NCBI GenBank assembly: GCA_051002135.1
Contig: JBPCMQ010000039.1
Span: 25,510-89,509, forward strand
DNA: 64,000 nt
Source of the DNA: Chloroflexota bacterium
Lineage (GTDB): Bacteria; Chloroflexota; UBA5177
Reading direction: 5' to 3'
Shown: piece by piece, positions 18,836 to 29,255 of the stretch
Position numbering within the stretch: the stretch's first letter is position 1
Layout of the letters: every line of letters starts with the position of its first letter
The notes under the pieces: generated by a model
Seen by the model: only the letters and a program-made list of their open reading frames with translations
Databases searched by the model: none
Told to the model about the DNA's origin: nothing
Program-made: the position numbers and the translations under genes

Positions 18836-19018
18836 TCCCGACCACTGCCACCGGGAGAACGTGGGCGAAGGCGCTGCGCGCCACGATGACCAGGCCGAGC
18901 GCGACGTACGCCACGCTCGTCACGAGGAACAGGCGCTTACGCAAGAGTCGTCTCCCAGCTCGGTGCCGTATTGTACCGGGCCTCGCTTCGACAGACGGTG
19001 TCCGCTCCCACGTCTGTT

Positions 19019-19363
19019 CTAGTGTCGCTCGCGGCCCATGTGAGGGCGCACGTTGCCGAGTCGTTCCTGTGTGATTTTGCGCACAAGTGCGGGCCGCGGC
19101 AAGCGGTGCTCGCTGAACGGTATGTAGGAGGGCAGCGCCAATCGCCCGCGATGATGTCGCTGGTTGTATGCCTCGCCCCGCGAGACCGCCGTCCGCACTT
19201 CCTCGAGAAGATCGTCCACGGCACCCCCAACCGCTTCGGGGACGCTGCGGCCTTCTCGAAGCAGGATGAAGTAGTAGTCTCGAGTAGGCGACGGCTCCGC
19301 GTCCGACGACATCAGGCCTACAATCCAGTCCTCGAGCTGTCCCGTCTGAGCATGCTCCGACAT
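19019..19363 (-). CDS. hypothetical protein (about 114 aa from MSEHAQTG)
   Basis: ORF with protein-like composition immediately downstream of the coiled-coil gene. No known motif. Confidence 0.3.
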   Translation of the reverse strand: MSEHAQTGQLEDWIVGLMSSDAEPSPTRDYYFILLREGRSVPEAVGGAVDDLLEEVRTAVSRGEAYNQRHHRGRLALPSYIPFSEHRLPRPALVRKITQERLGNVRPHMGRERH

Positions 19364-19418
19364 TGTCTTCTCCTGTGGGACGCAATGGCTGGTACCCAAC
19401 GAGGAAGCGAACCAGACG

Positions 19419-20475
19419 CTACCTCGTTGAGATGAGGGGCGACTCCTCCGCCTGTTCAATGCGCTGCGACAGCGTTCTATTGGTACGCTCCAGCTCCGCG
19501 AGCTTGCGTCGCTTGTCGACCAGATTGCCGCGCACCATAGCCTGATCGAGGATCGATCGCGACTGCTGACACTGGCGCTCCAGATCCTCGACTTCGAGGG
19601 CAAGGCGCCCGATGCCTTCTTGATTGCGCGTCACTTCGGCCCTCCAGCTCTCGAGCGGTGGAACTTGCTGCGGAGGTTGAGAGCTCTCACGATCGGCTGC
19701 TCGCCGCTCTTCATGCCGGGCTTCATGGCGCCGGCTAGTCTCCGCCTCGCGCCGCACGGTCTCTGCCTCACGCCGCACGGTCTCTGCCTCGCGCCGCGCT
19801 GTCTCCGCATCGCGGCGCATCCCGTCCGCCTCGGCTTTCATAGCGTTCACACTGCTCTGCTTGGCCTCGCTGGTCTTGAGCGCATCAAAGAAACGGGACA
19901 CCGCATTGTGCACCCTGCTTCCCTGGCCTTGCTCCAACTGCTGCCGAGCTTCGTCGAGTATGCCTCGAAGGAAGGTCTCATTCTCATTCCAGAGACCGTT
20001 AAGTCGGTCCCAGGCCATGTTATTGGCATCTCGCCACGACTCCCACACCGCCTGTCGATCGGCCGGAACCAGTGATGCGGCCCCGTCGAATCGCTCACGC
20101 AAACCGTCCAAATCTCGCCTCAGTACGCGAAGCTCGCGAGGTCCGGAGGTGCTCTCGATGCGGTTCCTCAGCTCGGTGATGGATCCGAGTAGCTCGTCCT
20201 TGCGTCCGCTCGACTGTGCATATGCTCCCTCCTGAGACTTATAGGCTCGGGAACCGATTTGACGGAGCCGCCGCTCGAGATCCAGCTTGGCGTCGAGCTT
20301 GATCGCCGGCGCAGTTCTGACCCTGTCCTTCAGATCGCGAAAGCGGGGCCAGAAGGTGCGGAACGTCGGGTCGGCAGCCTCGGTCAAGAATCGTTGCTCC
20401 AGCTCATCGACCTCGCGGTCGAGAGCTGCCGCAACCTCGTCAGCGCGAAGCTGCCATTGTTGCCAATCTTCCATC
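19419..20475 (-). CDS. Coiled-coil protein with a tandem heptad repeat (REAETVR x3); function unknown. Start at MEDWQQWQ.
   Basis: Long E/R/L-rich heptad-like sequence throughout. The repeat is also visible at DNA level. Confidence 0.5.
19738..19812. repeat. About 3.5 copies of a 21-bp tandem repeat (cgccgcacggtctctgcctc[a/g]) inside the coiled-coil CDS
   Basis: Direct reading of 19750-19770 and 19771-19791 shows near-identical units, with degenerate flanking copies. Encodes RREAETV repeats. Confidence 0.8.
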
Positions 20476-20754
20476 TGGGCGACTCCTGACTGAGGCGGCG
20501 GCCGGTCGACATACATGTACTGGCACGGCGACACTGGCCTTGCAGTTGTCAAAAGAGAATGGGCTTGCGGTCCCACCTGGCTCTATGCGTCACCGCGCAC
20601 GACCAAGCCCAGAAGGCACCAGGAACAGCCGGGTTTCCTCCCGCTCTCTATCGTAGCACGAGCCTCGAACGCCTCGAAGTCTTACGTGTGCCGCGACGGT
20701 ACTGAATCTACGGATGGCGGCTCGGTGTCGAGCCCTGTATCCCGGGAAGGAATG

Positions 20755-20831
20755 TGGGGTGACCGATGGGGCTCGAACCCACAACCGCTGGATCCACAAT
20801 CCAGAGCTCTACCAATTGAGCTACGGTCACC
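20755..20831 (-). tRNA. tRNA-His (anticodon GTG) with encoded G-1 and CCA
   Basis: Cloverleaf folds cleanly. Anticodon loop ttGTGga. G-1 pairs with discriminator C73, the His identity element. Confidence 0.85.
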
Positions 20832-20956
20832 GCGTCAGCCTCCCCGCGGGCGCTTGTAGCCACGATGATAGCACAGGCCTAATTCCCCTCTACACGGGCG
20901 CAAAATCGTTTGCTATCATGCGAAGCGATTTCGTCGGATCACTGTCGGGAGGATTC

Positions 20957-21520
20957 ATGAAGCGCCGCGCCGCCGTCCTTGTCATCTTTGTCTGTAGCCT
21001 GACGCTGGCCGTCATGCCCGAGCCCGTTCGGGCTTCATCTCACGCAAGACCATACGACCCTGTCCCGGCAGGCTGGCCGCGACTCGTTGCCATTCCGCGC
21101 ATACATCTGCGAGCAGCTGTCGAGTCCCTTGCGCTCAATCGCCAGGCCGATTTCAAAGCGCCATACCGATGGGACGACGTCGCTTGGTACGACCGGGGCC
21201 CACGTCCGGGCGACATGGGGCGCGCGAACATGTTCGGTCACCTCGACTCCTTGTGTTGTCCTGCCGCTTTCTATTTGTTGAAAGATCTTCAACGAGGAGA
21301 CCAGATCGACGTCGCGTATCGAGACGGTGGCGTGCTTCACTTCCGCGTGCAGTGGCAGGGCACGTACTGGAACGCGCAGCTGCCTACCAAGCTCATGTTC
21401 GCGACGACGAGAGAGCGAGGTCTCGTTCTCATCACCTGTACCGGCGTCTTCCATCGGGACGGCACCGGGTATGACCATAAGCGTGTGGTGTACGCGACCA
21501 TGGTGTGGCCCCGCAGATGA
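20957..21520 (+). CDS. Sortase-family transpeptidase (class E/F-like). Start at MKRRAAV with GGGAGGA upstream; the track ORF start at 20714 overlaps the tRNA.
   Basis: N-terminal signal/TM segment, IPRIHL, and the LVLITCTG catalytic TLxTC motif. Confidence 0.65.
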   Translation: MKRRAAVLVIFVCSLTLAVMPEPVRASSHARPYDPVPAGWPRLVAIPRIHLRAAVESLALNRQADFKAPYRWDDVAWYDRGPRPGDMGRANMFGHLDSLCCPAAFYLLKDLQRGDQIDVAYRDGGVLHFRVQWQGTYWNAQLPTKLMFATTRERGLVLITCTGVFHRDGTGYDHKRVVYATMVWPRR

Positions 21521-21752
21521 AGAAGGCGCACCTCTAGGTCTCTGTTAATTCGAACCTCGCTGACCGGCGGCGCGGCCAGAAAAGCTTCCGCGGATTCAGC
21601 AGTCCGCTCACAGCGTGCGTAGCCGAAGGTGACCCAGCGCACGCCCTCGCGTCACTCGCGGATAGCGAAGATGGCGCCGTGATCGAGCATCTCGACAAGG
21701 GTCTCATCACCAACTTGAAGGTGCTAAATCCAGACCGACGTGTCTACCAGGC

Positions 21753-22172
21753 TTACCCCGGAAGGTCACCGGGATAGGTGATGGCTACTTGTGAGATTGT
21801 CTTGGGGAAGTCGCGGGCGTTGTTGGTGATGAACCGATCCGCTCCGATTCCGACGGCAGTCGCGAGGTGCACCGCATCGGAGGCAGCCAGCCGATACGCG
21901 ACGCCCAAGGTCACTGCGAGCTCGGCGGTTTCTTGGTCCACCGACCGCAGGTCAAGGCGGGCGATGAGAGCCGCCAGTGCAGCTGCCTCGTCGTCCGCTC
22001 CGTCGCGGATCGGCTTGGTCAGTAGCTCGGGCAGCAGCAGTAGCGAGCCCACACCCACCGGAGGTGATTGGCGAAGGGACCGCGTTACAGCGAACAGCGC
22101 CGCCACGCGCCGCCCGAGTGGGTGCTGAGCCGCGGCGGCATAAATCAGGACATCCGCATCGAAGGCATCCAT
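21753..22172 (-). CDS. vapC: PIN-domain toxin (VapC-like)
   Basis: MDAFDADVLIY with an acidic PIN N-terminus. Start ATG overlaps the antitoxin stop (ATGA at 22172). Confidence 0.7.
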   Translation of the reverse strand: MDAFDADVLIYAAAAQHPLGRRVAALFAVTRSLRQSPPVGVGSLLLLPELLTKPIRDGADDEAAALAALIARLDLRSVDQETAELAVTLGVAYRLAASDAVHLATAVGIGADRFITNNARDFPKTISQVAITYPGDLPG

Positions 22173-22489
22173 CAGTGCGCCGACCGACCACGTCGAACGT
22201 GTGATACAAGTTCCTCCGCGCGCTCGTTCGACATATTCGAAGGCGGGAGGGGGCCGTGACGACCCTGCTCCATCATCAAGCGGACTCGTTGCACGACCGG
22301 TGCTGATGTTTCGGAACGTCGAAACTGCAGCGCGTCAGGACTGACCACCACTGCAACGGGACGGCCGTGCCTGGTGATGGTGACCTCCGCGCCAGCCTCG
22401 ATCCGATCGAGGATGGCGGGCAGTGAAGCCCTGGCCTCGCTTGCCGTCAACACGTCCATCTGTAGATTTGGACCACGTTGTACAATCAT
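22172..22489 (-). CDS. Phd/YefM-family antitoxin. Start at MIVQ (22489) or MDVL (22459); the longer track ORF is probably over-extended.
   Basis: MDVLTASEARASLPAILDRIEAGAEVTITRHGRPVAVVVSPDALQ matches the Phd/YefM fold. Confidence 0.65.
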   Translation of the reverse strand: MIVQRGPNLQMDVLTASEARASLPAILDRIEAGAEVTITRHGRPVAVVVSPDALQFRRSETSAPVVQRVRLMMEQGRHGPLPPSNMSNERAEELVSHVRRGRSAH

Positions 22490-22561
22490 GGAAGATGTTG
22501 ACGTGGAAGACGAGATGACCGCGGGCGCCGACGAAGCCGGCGGTTCGCGCAGTAGGTAACC

Positions 22562-22638
<77 letters not shown>

Positions 22639-22686
22639 GATAGTGGTAGCATAGTTGCTCATTTGGGGGGCGGGCAAGGGCGGAGG

Positions 22687-24147
22687 CTAGTCAAGCTCGG
22701 ACAAGCGACGCTCGAGTAACTGCCGCGCTCGGACCGGATCCGCCTTCCCCGCGCTGCGTTTCATGACCTGCCCGACGAAGTGTTGCAGGACGTTCGTCCT
22801 GCCGGCCCTGTATGACAGAACAAGGTCCGGATTGGATGAAAGAACGTCGACGACCCACCTTCCGAGCTCGCTTTCATCGCGAACCTGGCGCAGGTTCAGG
22901 TGGTCGATGATGTATTCCGGATCCTCGCCGGCAACCAGCATCTCTTCCAGCACGCGTTTTCCGGCGGCGCTGCTGATGGTCTCATCTCGGAGCGCGAGCA
23001 TAAGCTTCCCGACGCGATCGGGCCGCAACGTGGACTGTGCCAGAGACAGCTTGCGGTCGTTCAGTAGGCCCAACGTATCTCCGCTTATCCAGTTGGCGAC
23101 CATGACCGGAGGCGCAGGCGTTGCCGCCACCACAGTCGCCTCATAGAAGTCGGCAAGCTCCTTGTCTTCGGTCAGCACGGTGGCCTGTGCCTGCGATAGG
23201 CCGTACCCCTCCACAAACCTGCGGGTCCGACTTTGCGGCAGTTCGGGGAGGTGTGACGCGAGGTAATCGATGTGTCGCCGATCGAGGACCAAAGGGGGTA
23301 GATCGGGCTCTGGGAAGTATCGGTAGTCATCCGCGAACTCTTTCGACCGCTGTCCCACCGTGACTTCCCGCGCCTCCGACCATCCGCGAGTTTCTTGCGG
23401 GATAAGCTCACCCATGTCCAGGAGCCGCCGCTGGCGTTCGATCTCGTACTCGAGGGAACTCCGCACCGACCGAAAGCTGTTGAGATTCTTGATCTCGACC
23501 TTGCTCGTGGGGAGAGAATCTCCCGGTCGACGGAGAGATACGTTGACGTCGGCGCGCAGGCTCCCCTCTTGCAGGTTGCCATCGTTCACGCCGAGATACA
23601 TCAGGATCTGTCGGAGAGTGGCGAAAAACTGTCTCGCCTCTTCCGGTGCCCGAATATCCGGCCGGCTGACGATCTCCAACAAGGGCACGCCTGAGCGGTT
23701 ATAGTCGACCAAGCTGACATCCCGGCCGTCGATCCGCGTGTGTGTACTCTTTCCCGTGTCCTCTTCCAGATGGACGCGGGTGATGCCACAGCGGAATGTG
23801 TGGCCCTGGATGTCGTACTCGACCCAGCCGTCTTGAGCCAGCGGTAGATCGTATTGCGAGATCTGATACCCCTTTGGAAGATCCGGGTAGGAGTAGTTCT
23901 TGCGATCGAACTTGCTGTGCTTCGCGATCGTGCAGTGCAGCGCTAACGCGACCATCACCGTGTAGACGACGGCCTTCCGGTTGATGACGGGAAGGGCGCC
24001 TGGCATTCCACCACATACCGCGCAGACGAAGGTATTGGGAGGCGCGTCGCTGTACGCCGCGGAACATGGGCAAAACATCTTGCTGTGCGTTTGAAGCTGG
24101 GCGTGCACCTCGAGACCAATGACCGGTTCAAAACCCTCCACGCTCAT
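22687..24147 (-). CDS. gatB: Asp-tRNA(Asn)/Glu-tRNA(Gln) amidotransferase subunit B
   Basis: VIGLEVHAQL, the GatB N-terminal cradle domain, and the C-terminal YqeY-like tail. Confidence 0.9.
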   Translation of the reverse strand: MSVEGFEPVIGLEVHAQLQTHSKMFCPCSAAYSDAPPNTFVCAVCGGMPGALPVINRKAVVYTVMVALALHCTIAKHSKFDRKNYSYPDLPKGYQISQYDLPLAQDGWVEYDIQGHTFRCGITRVHLEEDTGKSTHTRIDGRDVSLVDYNRSGVPLLEIVSRPDIRAPEEARQFFATLRQILMYLGVNDGNLQEGSLRADVNVSLRRPGDSLPTSKVEIKNLNSFRSVRSSLEYEIERQRRLLDMGELIPQETRGWSEAREVTVGQRSKEFADDYRYFPEPDLPPLVLDRRHIDYLASHLPELPQSRTRRFVEGYGLSQAQATVLTEDKELADFYEATVVAATPAPPVMVANWISGDTLGLLNDRKLSLAQSTLRPDRVGKLMLALRDETISSAAGKRVLEEMLVAGEDPEYIIDHLNLRQVRDESELGRWVVDVLSSNPDLVLSYRAGRTNVLQHFVGQVMKRSAGKADPVRARQLLERRLSELD

Positions 24148-24205
24148 GCCAATTCACGCCCCCGTAGCACGTCCCGATACATGTGCTTTTGCCTGACAGT
24201 CCGTA

Positions 24206-25672
24206 TCACGCCTTTGCCCCCAATAGGGGAGGCTTAGCCAGGTGAAAATCAGTAGCTCGCTGGAAGCAATGGCCGGCTTGAAGGATAACCTCCTCACCAA
24301 ACGCGGGCCCGACGAGCTGCATCCCGATGGGAAGCCCATCCGCGAACCCGCACGGCAGCGATAGCGCGCAGATGCCGGCGATGTTGATAGGCACCGTATA
24401 CGTGTCGGAGAGGTACATCTGGAGGGGATCGTCGACTTTTTCACCTATCTTGAAGGCGGTCGTTGGTGAGGTAGCGGTGACGACTGCATCCACCTGCTCG
24501 AAGGCACGGTCGAAGTCTTGCCGAACTAGCGTTCGGACCTTCTGGGCCTTCAGGTAGTAGGCGTCGTAGTACCCCGCGGAGAGCGCGTACGCCCCGAGGA
24601 GAATCCGGCGCTTGACTTCGTCTCCAAATCCGATCTCCCTCGTCTTCGCAAACATGTCGAAAATGTCTTCCCCCTCGATTGACAGACCGTACCGAACTCC
24701 GTCGAAACGCGCAAGGTTCGCCATGGCCTCGGCGGGCGAGATGACGTAGTAGGTGGATAACGCGTATTCGGTGTGTGGGAGAGACACGTCGACGATGTCT
24801 GCCCCCAGGTCACGGTAGATCCGAATGGCGCTCTGCAGCGCCGTACGTGTTGCGGATTGCATTCCCGACTCGAAGTATTCGTGCGGCACACCCAAACGGA
24901 GACTGGGTAGCTCATCGGGCAACATCGCCCCATACGGGGGGACTGCGACGTCGACACTTGTGGAGTCCTTCGAATCATGCCCCGCGATTGCCTGCAGCAC
25001 GATGGCTGCATCGTGAACCGTACGTGTCAGCGGCCCAATCTGGTCCAGTGACGACGCGAAGGCGACGAGCCCGAAGCGGGACACCCTGCCGTACGTCGGT
25101 TTTAGCCCCACGGTGCCGGTTAGCGCAGCCGGCTGTCGAATCGATCCGCCGGTGTCCGTCCCGAGCGCAAACGTGGCCATTCCGGCTGCCACGGCCGCGG
25201 CCGAGCCGCCACTGGAGCCGCCGGGTACTCGCTCGACGTCCCACGGGTTCCGAGTTGGGCCAAACGCGCTGTTCTCCGTGGAGCTGCCCATCGCGAACTC
25301 GTCCATGTTGGTCTTGCCGAGAATGACGGCTCCGCCTTCGCGCAGCCGTCGAACGACGGTCGCGTCGTACCGCGGAACGTAGGTCTCGAGAATGCGCGAG
25401 CCGCACGTTGTGCGCATGCCCTCGACGGAGAGGATGTCCTTCAATCCGATGGGTATTCCAGTGAGTGGGCCGGCCTCGTCGCGTGCGATGATCTCGTCGG
25501 CACGCCTCGCTTGGTCCAGCGCAAAATCCGGCGAGACGAGCAGATAGGCGTGGAGCGCTCCGTCCACCTCGTCTATGCGGCCAAGCATCGATTCGGTCAG
25601 CTCCACGGCGCTAATCTGCCGGCTGTCCAGCAGCCCGCGAGCGTCGGCAAGTGAAAGGTACGCTGTCTCCAT
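24206..25672 (-). CDS. gatA: Glu-tRNA(Gln) amidotransferase subunit A (amidase signature). Start at METAYLS.
   Basis: Amidase-signature motifs GGSSGGSAAAVAAG and GTDTGGSIRQPAA. Confidence 0.9.
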   Translation of the reverse strand: METAYLSLADARGLLDSRQISAVELTESMLGRIDEVDGALHAYLLVSPDFALDQARRADEIIARDEAGPLTGIPIGLKDILSVEGMRTTCGSRILETYVPRYDATVVRRLREGGAVILGKTNMDEFAMGSSTENSAFGPTRNPWDVERVPGGSSGGSAAAVAAGMATFALGTDTGGSIRQPAALTGTVGLKPTYGRVSRFGLVAFASSLDQIGPLTRTVHDAAIVLQAIAGHDSKDSTSVDVAVPPYGAMLPDELPSLRLGVPHEYFESGMQSATRTALQSAIRIYRDLGADIVDVSLPHTEYALSTYYVISPAEAMANLARFDGVRYGLSIEGEDIFDMFAKTREIGFGDEVKRRILLGAYALSAGYYDAYYLKAQKVRTLVRQDFDRAFEQVDAVVTATSPTTAFKIGEKVDDPLQMYLSDTYTVPINIAGICALSLPCGFADGLPIGMQLVGPAFGEEVILQAGHCFQRATDFHLAKPPLLGAKA

Positions 25673-25707
25673 AGGTCGTGATCCGTGTACCGACTCGAGC
25701 CACGAGC

Positions 25708-25995
25708 TCAGTCGAGCACAGCCTGGACCTCGACGTAACCGTTGATAGACCGCGGCGCGTTGGCGAGAACCGCCTCCCGATCCCAAGAAGGGCGCGCCTC
25801 GTCCTCTCGCATCACGCTCACCACGCCGCCGATGTGCGCCGTCGATTCCACTGCGCTCGTGTCGACCTCGCTCAATTTGGCCACGTGGTCTATCACACTT
25901 GAGAGTTGGATCGTGAGAACGTCCGTTTCGTCCTCTCGGAGGCCGATGTGCGCGAGTCTTGCCACATGCGCGACCTCGTCACGCGACAGCGTCAT
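25708..25995 (-). CDS. gatC: Glu-tRNA(Gln) amidotransferase subunit C. Start at MTLSRDEV; track ORF over-extended to 26346.
   Basis: About 95 aa with the typical GatC sequence (ISxxEVxHVARLA...). Confidence 0.8.
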   Translation of the reverse strand: MTLSRDEVAHVARLAHIGLREDETDVLTIQLSSVIDHVAKLSEVDTSAVESTAHIGGVVSVMREDEARPSWDREAVLANAPRSINGYVEVQAVLD

Positions 25996-26159
25996 TGACT
26001 CTCCCTCCGCCCGGCTCACGAGCCACCGGGACCTCGACTTCGCTCGCCTCGAAGGCGGGTAGAGAACTCCGGCACGTTCCGTGGACATCGCGAGTGCCGA
26101 ATTGTAGCAGAGAGTGAAAAGCCCCAAGAAAGAGTCCCGCGACCTCATCCGCCGCGGGG

Positions 26160-28778
26160 TCAGACAGCCGCGACCAGCTGCGGCTCGGACACGTCCGATC
26201 GAAATGTCAGAGCGTCGTCCTCGCGATCCACAACCACCGTGCTGCCCTCTCGGAACCGGCCCTGAAGCACTTCCATCGCCAACGGGTCGAGGATGCTGCG
26301 CTGGATGGCGCGTTTGAGGGGCCTCGCTCCGTACGCCGGATCCCATCCCTTGTCGGCAATCAGCTCCTTGGCCGCGTCCGTAAGCCTGATGGCGAGCTTG
26401 CGGTCGCCGAGACGCTTTTGTAAGCCCGTGACCTGAATTCCCACAATCGTCTTGATCTGGTCCTGCGTCAGACCTCTGAAGATGATGACCTCGTCGATGC
26501 GATTCAGGAACTCCGGACGAAAATGCTCGCCCAGGATGGACATCACGGAATCCCTGACGCGCTCGTAGTTCGCCGGGCCAATGTCCTGAATCAGCTGACC
26601 TCCGATGTTGGAGGTCATGATGATGACTGTGTTCTTGAAGTCAACCACGCGACCCTGGCCGTCCGTGAGCCGGCCATCGTCGAGGATCTGCAAGAGGACG
26701 TTGAAGACGTCAGGCGCCGCTTTCTCGATCTCGTCCAGCAGGAGCACCGAGTACGGCCTGCGCCGGACGGCTTCCGTCAGTTGTCCACCCTCCTCGTATC
26801 CCACATAACCAGGTGGTGCGCCGATCAGTCTGGACACGCTGTGTTTCTCCATATACTCGGACATATCGATGCGGATCATCGCGTGCTCGTCGTCGAACAG
26901 AAAGTCCGCCAGCGCTCGGGCCAGCTCGGTCTTCCCGACACCGGTCGGACCGAGAAAGAGGAAGCTCCCCAACGGGTGATTGGGGTCCTGCAATCCGGCG
27001 CGAGCCCGCCGTACCGCATTGGAGACCGCCTGCACTGCTTCGCCCTGGCCCACGACGCGATGATGAAGTCGCTCCTCCATGTTGATCAGCTTCTGGACCT
27101 CGCCTTCGAGGAGCTTGCTCACTGGAATACCGGTCCACTTGGCCACCACGTCGGCGATGTCGTCCTCGCCGACCTCCTCCTTGAGGATCTGGCCGTGCTT
27201 CTGCATGTCCGAGAGCCTGGCCTCGCTGTTCCGCCGTCTGCTCTCCAGCTCGACGAGCGTGCCATAGCGGAGCTCGGCGGCTCGACCCAGGTCCGTCGCA
27301 CGCTCCGCGTGTTCAATCTCGGCCTTGGTCTGTTCTATCTGTTCTCGGACCGATCGCGTCTCCGCGATAGCCTCCTTTTCCGCTTCCCACTGCGCCTTGA
27401 GCTCATCGGCACGGCCGCGAAGCTCGGCAATCTCTTTGAGGATGCGTTCGTGGCGCTCACGCGTGGCCTCGTCCTGCTCCTTCGAGAGCGCCGTGCTCTC
27501 GATCTGGAGCTGCATGATGCGTCTCTCGATCTCGTCGATCTCATACGGCATCGAGTCGATCTCCATCCGCAGGCGGCTGGCCGATTCGTCCACGAGGTCG
27601 ATGGCCTTGTCGGGAAGGAACCGGTCTCCGATGTAGCGGTGCGAGAGGACGGCGGCCGCGACCAGCGCGGCATCCGTGATTTTGACGCCGTGGTGCACCT
27701 CGTACCTCTCCTTGAGCCCGCGAAGGATACTGATCGTGTCCTCCACCGTTGGCTCGGCGACAAAAACGGGCTGGAAACGACGCTCCAGAGCTGCATCCTT
27801 CTCGATGTGCTTTCGGTACTCGTCGAGCGTGGTCGCGCCCACCATCCGCAGCTCGCCCCGCGCCAGCAACGGCTTCAACATGTTGCCGGCGTCCATGGCG
27901 CCTTCCGCTGCTCCCGCTCCCACGACGGTGTGAAGCTCGTCGACAAAGAGGACGATGCCGCCCTGCGCGTCCTGAACTTCTTTCAGGGCCGCTTTGAGGC
28001 GCTCCTCGAACTCTCCCCGGTACTTCGCGCCTGCGACCATTGCCGCCAGATCGAGCGCGATCACGCGTTTGCCTTTCAGAGGCTCGGGGACGTCCTCGCG
28101 CACGATGCGCTGCGCCAACCCTTCGACAATCGCCGTCTTGCCCACACCGGGCTCGCCAATGAGCACCGGATTGTTCTTGGTACGTCGGGACAGCACCTGG
28201 ATCACACGCCGAATTTCTTCGTCGCGGCCAATGACCGGGTCGAGCTTGCCACGGCGCGCGATCTCCGTCAGATCGCGGCCGTAGCGTTCCAGCGCCTGAT
28301 ACGTGTCCTCCGGATTCTTGGTGGTGACCCGTTGGCCGCCCCGAATCGTGGCGAGCGCGGAGAGCACGTTCTCGCGGGTCACGCCCAATTCACGAATCAT
28401 GCGGGCCACCGTGCTCTGGTCCCGGTTGTCGACCAGAGCGAGCAGTAGGTGTTCTACCGCGACGTACTCGTCCTTGAGATCGCCCATGATCTCGTGCGCG
28501 CGGACCAACGTCGCCCGCAGCTCCGGCGATATCGCCGGCTGAGAAAGGCCACCGTACGCCGTCGCCAGTCGGTCGAGAAGGGAATGGTTTCGCTGTGTGA
28601 TCGACGCCACGTTCACGCCGGCACGTGCCAGGATAGCCGTGGCTATACCCTCGGGCTGACTCAGGAGAGCCTCCAGAAGATGCTCCTCTTCAACCTGCGT
28701 ATTGCCCCGCTCGGCTGCCAGCTCCTGGGCCCGAGTCAGCGCTTGCTGCGCCTTTTCCGTAAATCGCTGAATATTCAT
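26160..28778 (-). CDS. clpB: ATP-dependent chaperone ClpB. Start at [11 protein letters not shown].
   Basis: Two AAA+ modules: GEPGVGKT and GPTGVGKTE Walker A motifs. Coiled-coil middle domain. Confidence 0.9.
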   Translation of the reverse strand: MNIQRFTEKAQQALTRAQELAAERGNTQVEEEHLLEALLSQPEGIATAILARAGVNVASITQRNHSLLDRLATAYGGLSQPAISPELRATLVRAHEIMGDLKDEYVAVEHLLLALVDNRDQSTVARMIRELGVTRENVLSALATIRGGQRVTTKNPEDTYQALERYGRDLTEIARRGKLDPVIGRDEEIRRVIQVLSRRTKNNPVLIGEPGVGKTAIVEGLAQRIVREDVPEPLKGKRVIALDLAAMVAGAKYRGEFEERLKAALKEVQDAQGGIVLFVDELHTVVGAGAAEGAMDAGNMLKPLLARGELRMVGATTLDEYRKHIEKDAALERRFQPVFVAEPTVEDTISILRGLKERYEVHHGVKITDAALVAAAVLSHRYIGDRFLPDKAIDLVDESASRLRMEIDSMPYEIDEIERRIMQLQIESTALSKEQDEATRERHERILKEIAELRGRADELKAQWEAEKEAIAETRSVREQIEQTKAEIEHAERATDLGRAAELRYGTLVELESRRRNSEARLSDMQKHGQILKEEVGEDDIADVVAKWTGIPVSKLLEGEVQKLINMEERLHHRVVGQGEAVQAVSNAVRRARAGLQDPNHPLGSFLFLGPTGVGKTELARALADFLFDDEHAMIRIDMSEYMEKHSVSRLIGAPPGYVGYEEGGQLTEAVRRRPYSVLLLDEIEKAAPDVFNVLLQILDDGRLTDGQGRVVDFKNTVIIMTSNIGGQLIQDIGPANYERVRDSVMSILGEHFRPEFLNRIDEVIIFRGLTQDQIKTIVGIQVTGLQKRLGDRKLAIRLTDAAKELIADKGWDPAYGARPLKRAIQRSILDPLAMEVLQGRFREGSTVVVDREDDALTFRSDVSEPQLVAAV

Positions 28779-28844
28779 AGATACCCCCACGTAATTGCTG
28801 CCGGTGCTCGGAACCGGGAGTTTGCCGAGCGCCCGCCTCAATGT

Positions 28845-29237
28845 CTACGAAGACAGGTCCTGCGAGCGGTCCTCGCCCGCCTGCAAGCGCATGATGATGT
28901 CTTTTAGTCGCCAAACTTCGGCGTCGTGTTCGGTTTTGAGAGACTCGATAGTCTCCCCCGCCTGCCTTCGTAGATGCTCCATTTGCTCACGCATGTGGAG
29001 GATGACCTCGACGCCGGCCAGGTTCACGCCAAGCTCGTCCACGAGGCGCCGGATTTGCTGAATGCGCTCAATGTCGTCTAGGGAGAAGTACCGTATCTCC
29101 CCTTTGCCTCGCTGCGGCTCGATCAGGCCGAGACGCTCGTAGTGGCGCAGAGTCTGTTGGTGCACATTGACGATCTCGGCGGCGACGGAGATGGTGTATC
29201 GCCGGAGCTCGCGTCCGCGTCCCTCACTCTGTTTCAT
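28845..29237 (-). CDS. hspR: MerR-family heat-shock repressor HspR
   Basis: YTISVAAEIVNVHQQTLRHYERLGLIEP MerR helix-turn-helix. Position after dnaJ as in hspR operons. Confidence 0.8.
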   Translation of the reverse strand: MKQSEGRGRELRRYTISVAAEIVNVHQQTLRHYERLGLIEPQRGKGEIRYFSLDDIERIQQIRRLVDELGVNLAGVEVILHMREQMEHLRRQAGETIESLKTEHDAEVWRLKDIIMRLQAGEDRSQDLSS

Positions 29238-29255
29238 CTCTTCCCCCCGTCGCAC

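Noticed and set aside
26523-28448. 641-aa plus-strand ORF opposite clpB
   Set aside because: It is antisense to ClpB, which has unmistakable AAA+ motifs. It is a shadow ORF.
28779-28844. Second HAIR operator between hspR and clpB
   Set aside because: There is no TTGAGT-N7-ACTCAA-like inverted repeat in this gap. clpB may be read through from the upstream operon or may use a different control element.
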